Assembly (NCBI GenBank): GCA_945980035.1
Contig: CAMFQG010000001.1
Location: forward strand, 1 to 48,636
Reading direction: 5' to 3'
Source: an uncultured Clostridia bacterium
GTDB lineage: Bacteria; Bacillota; Clostridia; Oscillospirales; Acutalibacteraceae
DNA: 48,636 bases
Shown here: positions 18,817 to 28,216 of the stretch, piece by piece
Numbering within the stretch: the first letter of the stretch is position 1
Layout: each line of letters opens with the position of its first letter
The notes under the pieces: generated by a model
The model's input: only the letters and a program-made list of their open reading frames with translations
Databases searched by the model: none
What the model was told of the DNA's origin: nothing
Translations under genes and position numbers: made by a program

Positions 18817-20205
18817 TTATTCTGCTCTCAGACTTTTAGCCGCCTGAATCATAGCCGCCTTTGCAACCTGTCCTGCTGCTGCGTAGCCGTACTGACTGCT
18901 TCTGTGGACTACAGCCGCAAATGCAAGTGGGCAATCCTCATCTTTTGAATAGCCGACCATCCAGCCGTCGTTGAGGTTTTCGCCCTCGCCGGTTACGGTT
19001 TCGCCTGTACCTGTTTTTGCACACACAGTTAATCCGCCAAACATATAGTCGCCGTAATCGTTTACAACTGCGGAACGCATCAGCTTATCAAGGGCATTTG
19101 CAGTATCCTTTGACAACATTCTTTCGCCTGTTACTCCTGCCTTGGACAAGCCTAAGTCGGAAATAACATTTCCGCTGTCCCCTGATACTATATAAGGATT
19201 AATTGGCGTACCGCCCCTTGCAATAGCACCGCATATTATCGCCATCTGCATTGGGTTGACCTTATCCTCATACTGACCTACACCTGACCAGGCAAGCTGG
19301 TTAGTGTTAGCCTTTTTAACATTGTAGTTTCCCTTTTTTGTTTTTATTCCGCTTACTTCAAAGGAGGCATTTATGCCAAGCTTTTCAGCGGCTTCGTTCA
19401 TTTTTTCTTCGCCCAGCTCAACTGCAAGCTCCGCAAAAACGATGTTACAGGAATGGCCGAATGCCTGTTCAAGGTTTACCGTTCCGTGTGATGAAACACA
19501 GGTAACGTCACTTCCGCCGATTTCCTCTTTTCCGCCACAGTACCAAGTTCTCTCCCAAATATCAGGGATATTCTCAATAGCTGCAACAGAGGTTACTATC
19601 TTAAAAATTGAACCCGGGGTATAGCTTGATGACAAAACATTGTCAATATATACACCCCTGTATAAGTCCTCGTTTTCTTCCGTTATTTTAGGAGGAGCCT
19701 GAGGATCGTAGCTTTTTGTACTGACAGAACAGATAACCTCGCCTGTTTCATAATTATATACTACACAAGCACCGCTGTCATAGTTTTTAAGTACATCATA
19801 AGCCGCCTTGCAGGTATCTGCATCAACCGTAAGCTGAACATTACCGCTGCCCTTAAAGGACTTTGGCATATTCATACCCCATATGAAGTTATAACCCGAA
19901 AGCTCCGAACGGTATCTGCTTTGAAGTGCTGTGGAGATATTTAAGGTTTCGTCACCTACAACGTGAAGTAAAGCCTTACGCACACTTGCGTCACTGTTAT
20001 ATACACGTTCTCCGTCAACAGTCTTTGCCAGCATATTGCCGTTTCTGTCTGTAATTTTTCCTAAATTAGAAATATGGCCGTTGTATGGTTTAGACGCCCA
20101 GTCAGCGGCATTTGTTACAGTCTTAAATATCAAAAATCCAAGTCCGCCCATAAACGCAATAGCAACAATAAAAACTATCCAAGACCTTTGTAATACTCTT
20201 TTCAT
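18817..20205 (-). CDS. Class B penicillin-binding protein (PbpA-like transpeptidase)
   Basis: N-terminal TM helix; GKITDRNG; SxxK (SIFK), SxN (SCN) and KTG motifs. Confidence 0.9.
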   Translation of the reverse strand: MKRVLQRSWIVFIVAIAFMGGLGFLIFKTVTNAADWASKPYNGHISNLGKITDRNGNMLAKTVDGERVYNSDASVRKALLHVVGDETLNISTALQSRYRSELSGYNFIWGMNMPKSFKGSGNVQLTVDADTCKAAYDVLKNYDSGACVVYNYETGEVICSVSTKSYDPQAPPKITEENEDLYRGVYIDNVLSSSYTPGSIFKIVTSVAAIENIPDIWERTWYCGGKEEIGGSDVTCVSSHGTVNLEQAFGHSCNIVFAELAVELGEEKMNEAAEKLGINASFEVSGIKTKKGNYNVKKANTNQLAWSGVGQYEDKVNPMQMAIICGAIARGGTPINPYIVSGDSGNVISDLGLSKAGVTGERMLSKDTANALDKLMRSAVVNDYGDYMFGGLTVCAKTGTGETVTGEGENLNDGWMVGYSKDEDCPLAFAAVVHRSSQYGYAAAGQVAKAAMIQAAKSLRAE

Positions 20206-20235
20206 ACAACACCACCCTTTCTATGTGTATCTGAT

Positions 20236-21912
20236 TTAGCTTTTTACCTTTAATGAATATGTGCGCTCGTCAGCTGCCTTTACAAAAGCAAGAAGTCCCC
20301 AACAGGAAATTATACTTGAACCGCCACTGCTGATAAAGGGGAAAGTAACGCCTGTCAGCGGTAGAATATCGGTAGCACCGAACACGTTTAAGGACATTTG
20401 AATTACCAGCAAGCCAGCCGCACAGCAGGCTGAAATGGAATAGAAGGTACTTCTGCTTCGTGTGGTAACGGAACGAGCATAGATAAACAGCGTTGCAACT
20501 GCCACCGCAATAGTCACAGCAACAATAAGTCCCATTTCCTCCGACATCAAGCCGAATACAAGGTCGGACTCAGAGGCTACAATATACTTTAAGTAGCCGT
20601 TTCCTATACCAACGCCGAACAAACCTCCTGACGCAATATATGTCAATGTACGGGACATCTGGTAACCCTTATCGTCAGCATTTTCAAAAACGTGGCCCCA
20701 GACCTTGAAACGGTCCAAAACATAGGGCTTTCGTGTAAGCACCAAAAGTCCTGCGGAGCCTGCGCCTACCAATGCAAAAATTATAGTTTTAAAGTCACCG
20801 GAACGCATAAATGCAATAAGCAGGAATGTACCGAAGAAAATTAACGCAGTACCGAAGTCACCCATTACCGCTAATGCACCCAGGCAAATCAGGGAGAATA
20901 TAATAAACTCAATTAAGTTTTTCCTTGTATTTAATTTATCAAGTGCAGACGCACCTACAAAAATATACGCAATTTTTACAAACTCTGATGGCTGAACGGA
21001 AATCGGTCCTAAATGAATCCAGTTAGCGGAGCCGTTAGTTACCCTACCGAAAATAAGGTTTATCGCCAAAAGCACAGTAGATGCTATCATAATAATCAAA
21101 CGCCACTTATCCACTCTGTCAGGATCTTCGATAAACTTGATAATTATACAGAACAGCACCATACCTGCTACAGCCGCAACAAGCTGGGTTGTGGCTAACT
21201 TGATTCCGTTGTACTGCCTTGCAAGGAGCATAACTCCTATTCCTGTCAAGAACAGACAAAGGCTTTCCAGCTCAAAGCCTACCCTTTTCAGTGCAGTGGT
21301 GGAGATTATAAAAAACAGCCACTCTACTGCAAGCAGTCCCATACAAATGTACGCGGGGGCATAGTCAGTTGCACCGTCACAGAAAACTGCTTCAACGCAC
21401 ATAAATATGTGGAATAAGGAAATCAGTATCAAAAGCTTGTATGGCTTCATAGCAGGCTTGTTTGATACCTTTGAGAAAAACCAGCTGGACTGTAATTCCT
21501 CGTGGAATTCCTCACCCCGTTTAAAGGCGAAGTCCTTGTTGCCGATGCTTATAACGTCATCTATTTTTACACGAGTTCTGCCGTTAACCTTTTTGTCATT
21601 TACATATGTACCTGCCTTTGAGTTAGAGTCGTTAATAAACCAACCCTCTTTACGTCTTAAAAGCACACAATGATTACGTGAAACCGCAGGGTCATCAATA
21701 GCAATATCCGAGCCTCTGCTTCTGCCTATTGAATTTTCCCAAAACAGCACAGGAGTTTTTACACCGCTGTCTAAATCCTGCAAAAGCACCAACGGTCGCT
21801 CCGGACGTCTGCGACGTCGCATAGCCGCAAAGCACTGATATACAATAATGATAGTATAAACGGGCATAAGAATACGCAAAGCAACAACAGCTACATCCAT
21901 AATATACTGCAC
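20236..21912 (-). CDS. FHA domain fused to a SEDS (FtsW/RodA/SpoVE) glycosyltransferase
   Basis: FHA motifs IGRS, VSRNH, SKAGTYVN. SEDS motifs QPSEFVK, DFGTA, GYQ, SDLVF, LPLTGVTFPFISSGGSS. GAAAGGGGAG RBS before GTG 21912. Confidence 0.9.
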   Translation of the reverse strand: MQYIMDVAVVALRILMPVYTIIIVYQCFAAMRRRRRPERPLVLLQDLDSGVKTPVLFWENSIGRSRGSDIAIDDPAVSRNHCVLLRRKEGWFINDSNSKAGTYVNDKKVNGRTRVKIDDVISIGNKDFAFKRGEEFHEELQSSWFFSKVSNKPAMKPYKLLILISLFHIFMCVEAVFCDGATDYAPAYICMGLLAVEWLFFIISTTALKRVGFELESLCLFLTGIGVMLLARQYNGIKLATTQLVAAVAGMVLFCIIIKFIEDPDRVDKWRLIIMIASTVLLAINLIFGRVTNGSANWIHLGPISVQPSEFVKIAYIFVGASALDKLNTRKNLIEFIIFSLICLGALAVMGDFGTALIFFGTFLLIAFMRSGDFKTIIFALVGAGSAGLLVLTRKPYVLDRFKVWGHVFENADDKGYQMSRTLTYIASGGLFGVGIGNGYLKYIVASESDLVFGLMSEEMGLIVAVTIAVAVATLFIYARSVTTRSRSTFYSISACCAAGLLVIQMSLNVFGATDILPLTGVTFPFISSGGSSIISCWGLLAFVKAADERTYSLKVKS

Positions 21913-21992
21913 GGTACAAACTCCCCTTTCTTTTTTGGGCAACAAATATCAAAAATGCTACTTTAACCCATAATAACAGTTATACATTTTAT

Positions 21993-22100
21993 ATTTTACT
22001 CCAACAAGCAATAAAAGTCAATGAATTATCTTGTCAAATTAATGCCCTATAAGTCCTTTTATGCTAAATACTTGAAAGACTGATATTAATATGGTAAAAT
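21993..22100. promoter_or_regulatory. Divergent sigma-A-type promoters (FHA-SEDS operon on minus, kinase on plus)
   Basis: Minus strand TTGACT-N17-TAAAAT (22021-21993); plus strand TTGAAA-N17-TAAAAT with extended TG (22072-22100). Confidence 0.55.
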
Positions 22101-22135
22101 CAAATCATAAAATAATCGGGAAAGGAGCAGAATAA

Positions 22136-23179
22136 ATGGCAAATAAAAATTATTACATTATGTCAGGGAACACAGCCGTTGCCAAGTGGAAAAACAATGA
22201 GCTGACAGTTTTAAATAAAAACCTTCTGCCCCTTTACTTACAGCGTGTTCACAATGCAGATATGTGGCTTGAAACACGAGCGATTGATTCTCACAGAGCA
22301 AACTCACGTCTGCTGAAAAAAGCACTCAGGCTAAAAGAAAAAGACGATATCAGCACAGTCCTCTATGTTAATGCCGCAACCATAACCGACAACTATTGGA
22401 TAAAACCTCTTGACAGTCAACTAAAGTATGAAGACGTCCGTTTTTCCGACGATTATTTTGCAGGACTGGCACTTAAAGGAAGTTATGTAAGTTTTAACAG
22501 AGCCGCTAATTCCAAACGCTCTAAAACACCTGAACTGACTAATATCGGAAGTTTTGAAAAGTGTTGGAAATTGATTGACGGAAAGTGGTGGATGTTCAAG
22601 TCTGCAAATCATAATGAGCAATTTTCCGAGTTGTTCATATATAAATTAGGCAAAGCCTTAGGAATAAATATGGCTGTCTATGAACGTGGCAATAAGTGTG
22701 TTAAAACTCTCGACTTTACCCACAGTGCAAGGGTGAATTTTGAGCCTGCTTTTACCTTTATGGGAGATAACGAGGATTATGGGGACACCGCCGAAATATT
22801 AGAAAAACTTTGTCCGCAGGCAATAGAGGACTTTGTAAAAATGATTTTCCTTGACACCATTGTTGCAAATCCGGACAGACACACTGCAAACTTCGGACTT
22901 CTCCGAGATACAAAAACCGGTGAGCTTACAGGTTTTGCTCCTGTTTTTGACCATAATATGGCTCTCATTTCAAGAGGCTATCCGAAAGCACCCACAAAAA
23001 ACGATATTCTTATCAACCTTTTTAACGAATTTCTGTCAAACCACCCGGAAAACAAACGGCTTATTCCTACAGTTACTGAGGATATGATAATGAGTATTAT
23101 CAAAGAGTTGAATATGAAAGTCAGAAGCAAAGAGCTTGTCAACCTTATTATGAAAAGATATGAAATGATAGATAAATAA
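22136..23179 (+). CDS. HipA-like Ser/Thr kinase (HipA_C/CtkA-like), no adjacent antitoxin
   Basis: TDNYWIK; Gly-loop/Lys ELTNIGSFEKCW; catalytic NPDRHTANFG; Mg-binding APVFDHN; AAAGGAG RBS. Confidence 0.82.
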   Translation: MANKNYYIMSGNTAVAKWKNNELTVLNKNLLPLYLQRVHNADMWLETRAIDSHRANSRLLKKALRLKEKDDISTVLYVNAATITDNYWIKPLDSQLKYEDVRFSDDYFAGLALKGSYVSFNRAANSKRSKTPELTNIGSFEKCWKLIDGKWWMFKSANHNEQFSELFIYKLGKALGINMAVYERGNKCVKTLDFTHSARVNFEPAFTFMGDNEDYGDTAEILEKLCPQAIEDFVKMIFLDTIVANPDRHTANFGLLRDTKTGELTGFAPVFDHNMALISRGYPKAPTKNDILINLFNEFLSNHPENKRLIPTVTEDMIMSIIKELNMKVRSKELVNLIMKRYEMIDK

Positions 23180-23211
23180 ACAGCACTGCGCAATTAAGAG
23201 CAGTGCTGTTT
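23178..23211. terminator. Hairpin at the junction of convergent genes, overlapping the DUF1284 gene end
   Basis: AAACAGCACTGC-gcaattaaga-GCAGTGCTGTTT. Confidence 0.6.
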
Positions 23212-23574
23212 ATAGCATAGGTCAGTCCATTGACAATCCCTGCAAATATCGCTGCCAATGGCTTTATCTGAAATTTTCTCCTTAATCAAGGCTTTGTAGT
23301 CCTTGTAATTGATAATGGTATTATCCTTAATATTTACAGCATCAAGGCATCTTTTGTCGATTGCCGAAACTTTTTCATCACCGTTGCATTTACCCTCTAT
23401 GTTGTTGGGACAAGCCTTGCAGATTTCATCAACGCTTGAAGTAACGCAAATTTTGGGGTTATTCTCCTGAAGATACTTTATTATTTCTGTCATATGCTCC
23501 GTAAATTCTTTACTGTATCCCTTGCCTTGAAAGAAGCCTATGCAAATTCCGTGATGGGGTCTTAGCTTAAACAT
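23194..23574 (-). CDS. DUF1284 family Cys-rich metal-binding protein
   Basis: LRPHHGIC..FFQGKGYS..F, DEICKACPN, ICRDCQW..LC motifs. Confidence 0.85.
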   Translation of the reverse strand: MFKLRPHHGICIGFFQGKGYSKEFTEHMTEIIKYLQENNPKICVTSSVDEICKACPNNIEGKCNGDEKVSAIDKRCLDAVNIKDNTIINYKDYKALIKEKISDKAIGSDICRDCQWTDLCYKQHCS

Positions 23575-24094
23575 ATTTATGCAGTCTGTTTACAAGGATT
23601 GAGGCAAGTAAAATCTTGCAACCGTCAAAAATCAGATACGGCACAACGCACATCATCAAAGCCGCTGCAAAGTCGCATTGATATACAATCATAAACCATA
23701 TTGTGCCGAACAGGTAGCAAAGTGCCAAGCCTACAACCATAGCAATTATAAGCACATAAAGCTTCTTGCCGAAAAATTTTGTAATCAAGCCTACTGCCAA
23801 AGCGGTAAACAGAAAACCGATAATATAACCGCCTGTAGGTCCTACAATGGCTCCCACACCGCTGCTGAAGTTTGCAAACACAGGAACTCCCACAAGTCCC
23901 AAAAGAATATACACTGCTACACTCAATGTTCCGTACTTCCAGCCTAACAAGCCTGCGGCAATAAAAATGCCTAAGGTTTGCAGTGTAAAAGGCACCGTTG
24001 TAGGTATAGAAATCCATGAGCAGATTGCTATAACTGCAACAAACATAGCAGAAAGCACTAACTTATAAAGTTTTTTGTTTTTTAAATTCTCCAC
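23567..24094 (-). CDS. bioY: Biotin ECF transporter S component BioY
   Basis: VPFTLQT, GLVGVPVFA, GPTGGYIIGF motifs; upstream BirA sites. Probable start is GTG 24094 (track start 24103). Confidence 0.93.
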   Translation of the reverse strand: MENLKNKKLYKLVLSAMFVAVIAICSWISIPTTVPFTLQTLGIFIAAGLLGWKYGTLSVAVYILLGLVGVPVFANFSSGVGAIVGPTGGYIIGFLFTALAVGLITKFFGKKLYVLIIAMVVGLALCYLFGTIWFMIVYQCDFAAALMMCVVPYLIFDGCKILLASILVNRLHKYV

Positions 24095-24182
24095 AATTGT
24101 CAACCTCTACTTACTTTATCGTTTACAATTATAACATCTTTTTATGAATTGTCAACCTTTTTCTTTCAGTTGATTTACAATT
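24095..24182 (-). promoter_or_regulatory. Two tandem BirA operators overlapping the bioY promoter and RBS
   Basis: aatTGTCAAC-N16-GTTTACAatt (24095-24130) and aatTGTCAAC-N16-ATTTACAatt (24147-24182); minus-strand TTGACA-N16-TATAAT lies within them. Confidence 0.8.
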
Positions 24183-24206
24183 AAAATAATTTTGAAAAAT
24201 ACCGTA

Positions 24207-24235
24207 TTGACAAGGTAATTTTCCTATGATAGAAT
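24207..24235 (+). promoter_or_regulatory. Sigma-A promoter of the valS leader
   Basis: TTGACA-N17-TAGAAT with extended TG. Confidence 0.75.
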
Positions 24236-24253
24236 ATCTTTAATTTGATAACT

Positions 24254-24511
24254 AACGGCTATGACGAGGAGGAGTAAACACTTTTCTGATGCAAAGAGAA
24301 AGGGTGGTCGGTGTAAACCCTTGTGACGGAAGTGTAGAAGTAGCCTCTGAGCTTTGAACTGAACGGATTATTCCTATTAGGCTTCAACGGTTTCCACCGT
24401 TAAAGGGAGATGTATCGGCTTTTGCCCGTACTGAGTGCAGATATTATCTGAATACAGGTGGTACCACGGACAGTTTGTTCGCCCTGAGCTTTACGCTCAG
24501 GGCTTTTTATT
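24254..24511 (+). ncRNA. T-box riboswitch (Val specifier GTA)
   Basis: Stem I AGTA/AGAGA/GGTG.AA motifs; gaaGTAg specifier at 24340-24342; T-box AGGTGGTACCACGG at about 24456-24469; terminator GCCCTGAGC-tttac-GCTCAGGGC-TTTTT. Confidence 0.92.
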
Positions 24512-24704
24512 TAATGGATAATTGACAATGGATAATGTAGTTGAGCAGATAACTTTGTCTTAACAAAAAACATTTCTGCCCGACAATAATCACAATTCTC
24601 CGCCGTAGGCGGTCTATAAATTCGGTCGGGAAACTGAGTTTAATTATTTATCAATTTTTCTACACGTCATTCATTATCAATTATCAATTATACATTATCA
24701 ATTA
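24512..24704 (+). repeat. Dispersed repeat family A, apparently complete copy with inverted heptamer termini
   Basis: Left TAATGGA/TAATTGA units, then GTAGTTGAGCAGAT, then CCCGAC..CCGCCgtaGGCGG..CTATAAATTCGGTCGGG, then right TTATCAA units. Colinear with 6693-6852. Confidence 0.85.
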
Positions 24705-24725
24705 TAATAAAAGGGAGAGATTGCT

Positions 24726-27347
24726 ATGGCAAAGGAACTTTCAAAGTCATATAACCCTCGCGATTTCGAGGACAGAATTTATGACTTTTGGATGAAAGGA
24801 AATTATTTTCACGCAGAAGTTGACAAGGACAAAAAACCTTATACTATCGTTATGCCACCGCCGAATATTACCGGTCAGCTCCATATGGGACATGCTCTTG
24901 ACGAAACCTTGCAGGATATTTTAATCCGTTGGAGAAGAATGCAGGGCTACTCTGCATTGTGGCTGCCGGGCACAGACCACGCATCAATCGCAACCGAGGC
25001 TAAAATCGTTGAGGCTATGCGTAAAGAGGGCGTTACCAAAGACGACCTTGGCAGAGATGGATTTTTAGAGAGAGCCTGGGAATGGAAAAGACTTTACGGC
25101 GGAAGAATTACAGAACAGCTTAAAAAGTTAGGCTCCTCCTGTGACTGGGACAGAGAAAGATTTACAATGGACGAGGGCTGCAGTAAGGCTGTTAAGGAAG
25201 TTTTTGTACGTCTGTATGACAAGGGCTTAATCTACCGCGGTGAGCGTATTATCAACTGGTGTCCTCATTGCTTAACATCAATTTCAGACGCTGAGGTTGA
25301 CTTTGAGGAACAAGAAGGCTCATTCTGGCACTTGCGTTATCCCTTAACTGACGGAAGCGGATACGTTCAGCTTGCTACAACACGTCCCGAAACATTACTT
25401 GGCGATACTGCTGTAGCAGTTCACCCTGAGGATGAACGATACAAAGAGTTTATCGGCAAAACAGTTACACTTCCACTTGTAGGCAGAGAGATTCCTGTAG
25501 TTGCCGACGAGTACGTTGACCCTGAGTTCGGTACAGGTGTAGTTAAAATCACCCCTGCCCACGATCCTAACGACTTTGAGGTTGGACTAAGACACAATTT
25601 ACCTGTAATCAACGTAATGACAGATGATGCAAAAATCATTGACGAGTACGAAAAATATGCAGGTATGGACAGATACGAAGCAAGAAAAGCCATTGTTAAA
25701 GACCTTGAAGAGGGCGGATTCCTTGTAAAAATCCAGCCCCACACTCACAACGTAGGCACTTGCTACCGCTGTAAAACAACAGTAGAGCCCAGAGTTTCAA
25801 AGCAGTGGTTTGTAAAAATGGAGCCTTTGGCTAAGCCTGCCATTGAATGTGTAAGAAGCGGTAAAACAAAAATTATTCCTGACAGATTTGAAAAGGTTTA
25901 CTACCATTGGATGGAGAACATCAAGGATTGGTGTATCAGCCGTCAGCTTTGGTGGGGACACAGAATTCCGGCTTGGTACTGTGAGGATTGCGGTGAGGTT
26001 ATCGTTGCAAAGGAAGCTCCACAGACCTGTCCCAAGTGCGGTAAAAATCACCTGAAGCAAGATGAGGACACTCTGGACACCTGGTTTAGCTCTGCTTTGT
26101 GGCCTTTCTCAACACTCGGTTGGCCTGACAAAACACCTGAGCTTGACTACTTCTTCCCTACAAACACCCTTGTAACAGGCTACGATATTATTTTCTTCTG
26201 GGTAGCAAGAATGATTTTCTCCTCTTGCGAGCAGATGGACAGCCAGCCCTTTGACACAGTATTTATGCACGGTATTGTTCGTGACGAAAACGGTGTTAAA
26301 ATGAGTAAATCATTGGGCAACGGCATTGATCCACTTGAGATTATCGACAAATACGGTGCTGACGCGTTGAGATTTTTCCTTGCAACAGGCAACTCACCGG
26401 GCAACGATATGCGTTTCTCCGAAAAGAGAGTTGAGGCTTGTGCAAACTTTGCCAACAAGCTATGGAACGCAAGTCGATTTGTTCATATGAACATTGACGA
26501 TTATGATGTTAAGAATGAGCTTCCTGAAACACTTACAACAGAGGACAAGTGGATTGTTTCTACACTGAACAATGTTGCAAAGGAAATTAACGAAAATCTT
26601 GAAAAGTTTGAGCTTGGTGTTGCTGTTCAAAAGCTCTACGATTTTATCTGGGATTGCTTCTGCGACTGGTACATTGAGCTTGCAAAATCAAGGCTTCAGT
26701 CTGAGGGCGAAACTGCTCAGAACGCAAGACAGGTGCTTGTATGGACTTTGGAAAAGATTTTAAGACTTCTGCACCCATTTATGCCATACATTACCGAGGA
26801 AATCTGGCAGACTATTCCTCACGAAGGCGAAACAGTAATGCTTGCACAGTATCCTGAGTTTGACTCTGCCCTTGATTATCCTGAGGCAGTTGCTCAGATG
26901 GAAAAGGTTATGAACGCAATCAGAGGTATCCGCAACCGCAGAAACGAAATGAACGTACCTCCCTCAAAGAAAGCAAAGGTATATATTGCTACAAAATTTG
27001 AGGACACCTTTAAATCAGGAGCGCAGTTTATCTGCAAGCTTGCGTCAGCAAGCGAGGTTGAAGTAGGCGAAAGCTTTGACTTAGAGGGTGCGGTAAATAT
27101 CGTTACTGCCGACGCAAAAATCTACATTCCTATGGACGAGCTTGTTGACAAAAAAGCCGAGCTTGAAAGACTTACAAAGGAACTACAGCAGGTTGAAAAA
27201 CGTCTTGCTCAAAGTGAGGGCAAACTAAACAACCAAGGCTTTGTTGCAAAAGCTCCTGCGGCAGTAGTAGAAAAGGTTAAGGGACAGGCAGAAAAAGAAA
27301 GAGAAACTATTGCAATGATTAAAGCCGCAATCGAGGCACTTAACTAA
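24726..27347 (+). CDS. valS: Valine--tRNA ligase
   Basis: [30 protein letters not shown] motifs; C-terminal coiled coil; Val T-box upstream. Confidence 0.98.
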   Translation: MAKELSKSYNPRDFEDRIYDFWMKGNYFHAEVDKDKKPYTIVMPPPNITGQLHMGHALDETLQDILIRWRRMQGYSALWLPGTDHASIATEAKIVEAMRKEGVTKDDLGRDGFLERAWEWKRLYGGRITEQLKKLGSSCDWDRERFTMDEGCSKAVKEVFVRLYDKGLIYRGERIINWCPHCLTSISDAEVDFEEQEGSFWHLRYPLTDGSGYVQLATTRPETLLGDTAVAVHPEDERYKEFIGKTVTLPLVGREIPVVADEYVDPEFGTGVVKITPAHDPNDFEVGLRHNLPVINVMTDDAKIIDEYEKYAGMDRYEARKAIVKDLEEGGFLVKIQPHTHNVGTCYRCKTTVEPRVSKQWFVKMEPLAKPAIECVRSGKTKIIPDRFEKVYYHWMENIKDWCISRQLWWGHRIPAWYCEDCGEVIVAKEAPQTCPKCGKNHLKQDEDTLDTWFSSALWPFSTLGWPDKTPELDYFFPTNTLVTGYDIIFFWVARMIFSSCEQMDSQPFDTVFMHGIVRDENGVKMSKSLGNGIDPLEIIDKYGADALRFFLATGNSPGNDMRFSEKRVEACANFANKLWNASRFVHMNIDDYDVKNELPETLTTEDKWIVSTLNNVAKEINENLEKFELGVAVQKLYDFIWDCFCDWYIELAKSRLQSEGETAQNARQVLVWTLEKILRLLHPFMPYITEEIWQTIPHEGETVMLAQYPEFDSALDYPEAVAQMEKVMNAIRGIRNRRNEMNVPPSKKAKVYIATKFEDTFKSGAQFICKLASASEVEVGESFDLEGAVNIVTADAKIYIPMDELVDKKAELERLTKELQQVEKRLAQSEGKLNNQGFVAKAPAAVVEKVKGQAEKERETIAMIKAAIEALN

Positions 27348-27375
27348 ATATGCACAAATTTAGCAAATAAACAAC

Positions 27376-27585
27376 GCCTCCCTTGTGCAAAGGGTTATTT
27401 CCCTGATAGGGAAAATGTCAGCGTAGCTGACAAAAGGGTGCCCGCTTTCGGAGAAAGGTGTCAAAACTTATTAGTTTTGACGGAGGGATTGTGGGCGGTG
27501 AATTAAGCTTTTATGTAGTAATTAAACGCCTTTTTTACAATCCCTCAGTCGGCTTTGCCGACAGCTCCCTTTACACAAGGGAGCC
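27376..27585. repeat. Nested-palindrome MITE/REP-like element (family B)
   Basis: Terminal inverted repeat CTCCCTTGTG(C/T)AAAGGG, 16/17 match (27378-27394 vs 27567-27583); inner inverted repeat GAGGGATTGT/ACAATCCCTC; four internal hairpins. Confidence 0.8.
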
Positions 27586-27618
27586 TATATAATCACCTCA
27601 AATATGGAAAAACAAATC

Positions 27619-27650
27619 AAGGGCAACTCTGAAATTTTAGGGTTGCCCTT
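27619..27650. terminator. Terminator hairpin between the convergent valS and 27675-28094 genes
   Basis: AAGGGCAACTCT...AGGGTTGCCCTT. Confidence 0.65.
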
Positions 27651-27674
27651 AGTTTGTTCAAAAATATATAGATA

Positions 27675-28094
27675 TTAATAATCGTGGTAATGTGTCCACT
27701 GTCCGCCGTCATTTCTTACTAAAATCCAATTCCAACCGAGATACTCTTCATTGGATTCAAGTCCGCTTTGTCCCATTACTGCATTGGAGCCTGTTACAAA
27801 ATCCGAATACAGAACTATAGCTTCATCTGCGCCAGCCTGTTTTGCCCAATGTTTCCATTCTTTAGTGTCATCACCCTCAAAACGGATTTCTTTCAATGTG
27901 CAACCTTGAAAATTTGCAACAAAGTAGTCTTTCGCAACATCTATTGCCTGATCAATTTCTTCTTCGGTATATACGTCCGAGGACACTTTAGACACGGTTA
28001 CATTAGAAACGTTACTAAAGTAAGCACAACCGCTTTGAAAAATCACGCCTAAAATCAACAGCATACAAACTGCCAAGCTTAAATATCTTTTCAT
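27675..28094 (-). CDS. Putative lipoprotein (DUF4829-like)
   Basis: Lipobox-like QSGC; YTEEEIDQAI, FQGCTL, WNWILVR...W motifs; AGGAGG RBS. Confidence 0.7.
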   Translation of the reverse strand: MKRYLSLAVCMLLILGVIFQSGCAYFSNVSNVTVSKVSSDVYTEEEIDQAIDVAKDYFVANFQGCTLKEIRFEGDDTKEWKHWAKQAGADEAIVLYSDFVTGSNAVMGQSGLESNEEYLGWNWILVRNDGGQWTHYHDY

Positions 28095-28165
28095 TTTCTA
28101 TCCTCCTTTCTTGTCTTTACGATTTTCATACAATAACCACTTTTAGATAACTTTATTTTTAAAAC

Positions 28166-28201
28166 AGCCTCCCTTGCAGGATTTTCCCTACAGGGGAGGC
28201 T
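28166..28201 (-). terminator. Terminator of the GntR-ABC operon
   Basis: AGCCTCCC...GGGAGGCT stem with a T tract on the minus strand. Confidence 0.65.
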
Positions 28202-28216
28202 ATTTATAGGGGGCTT

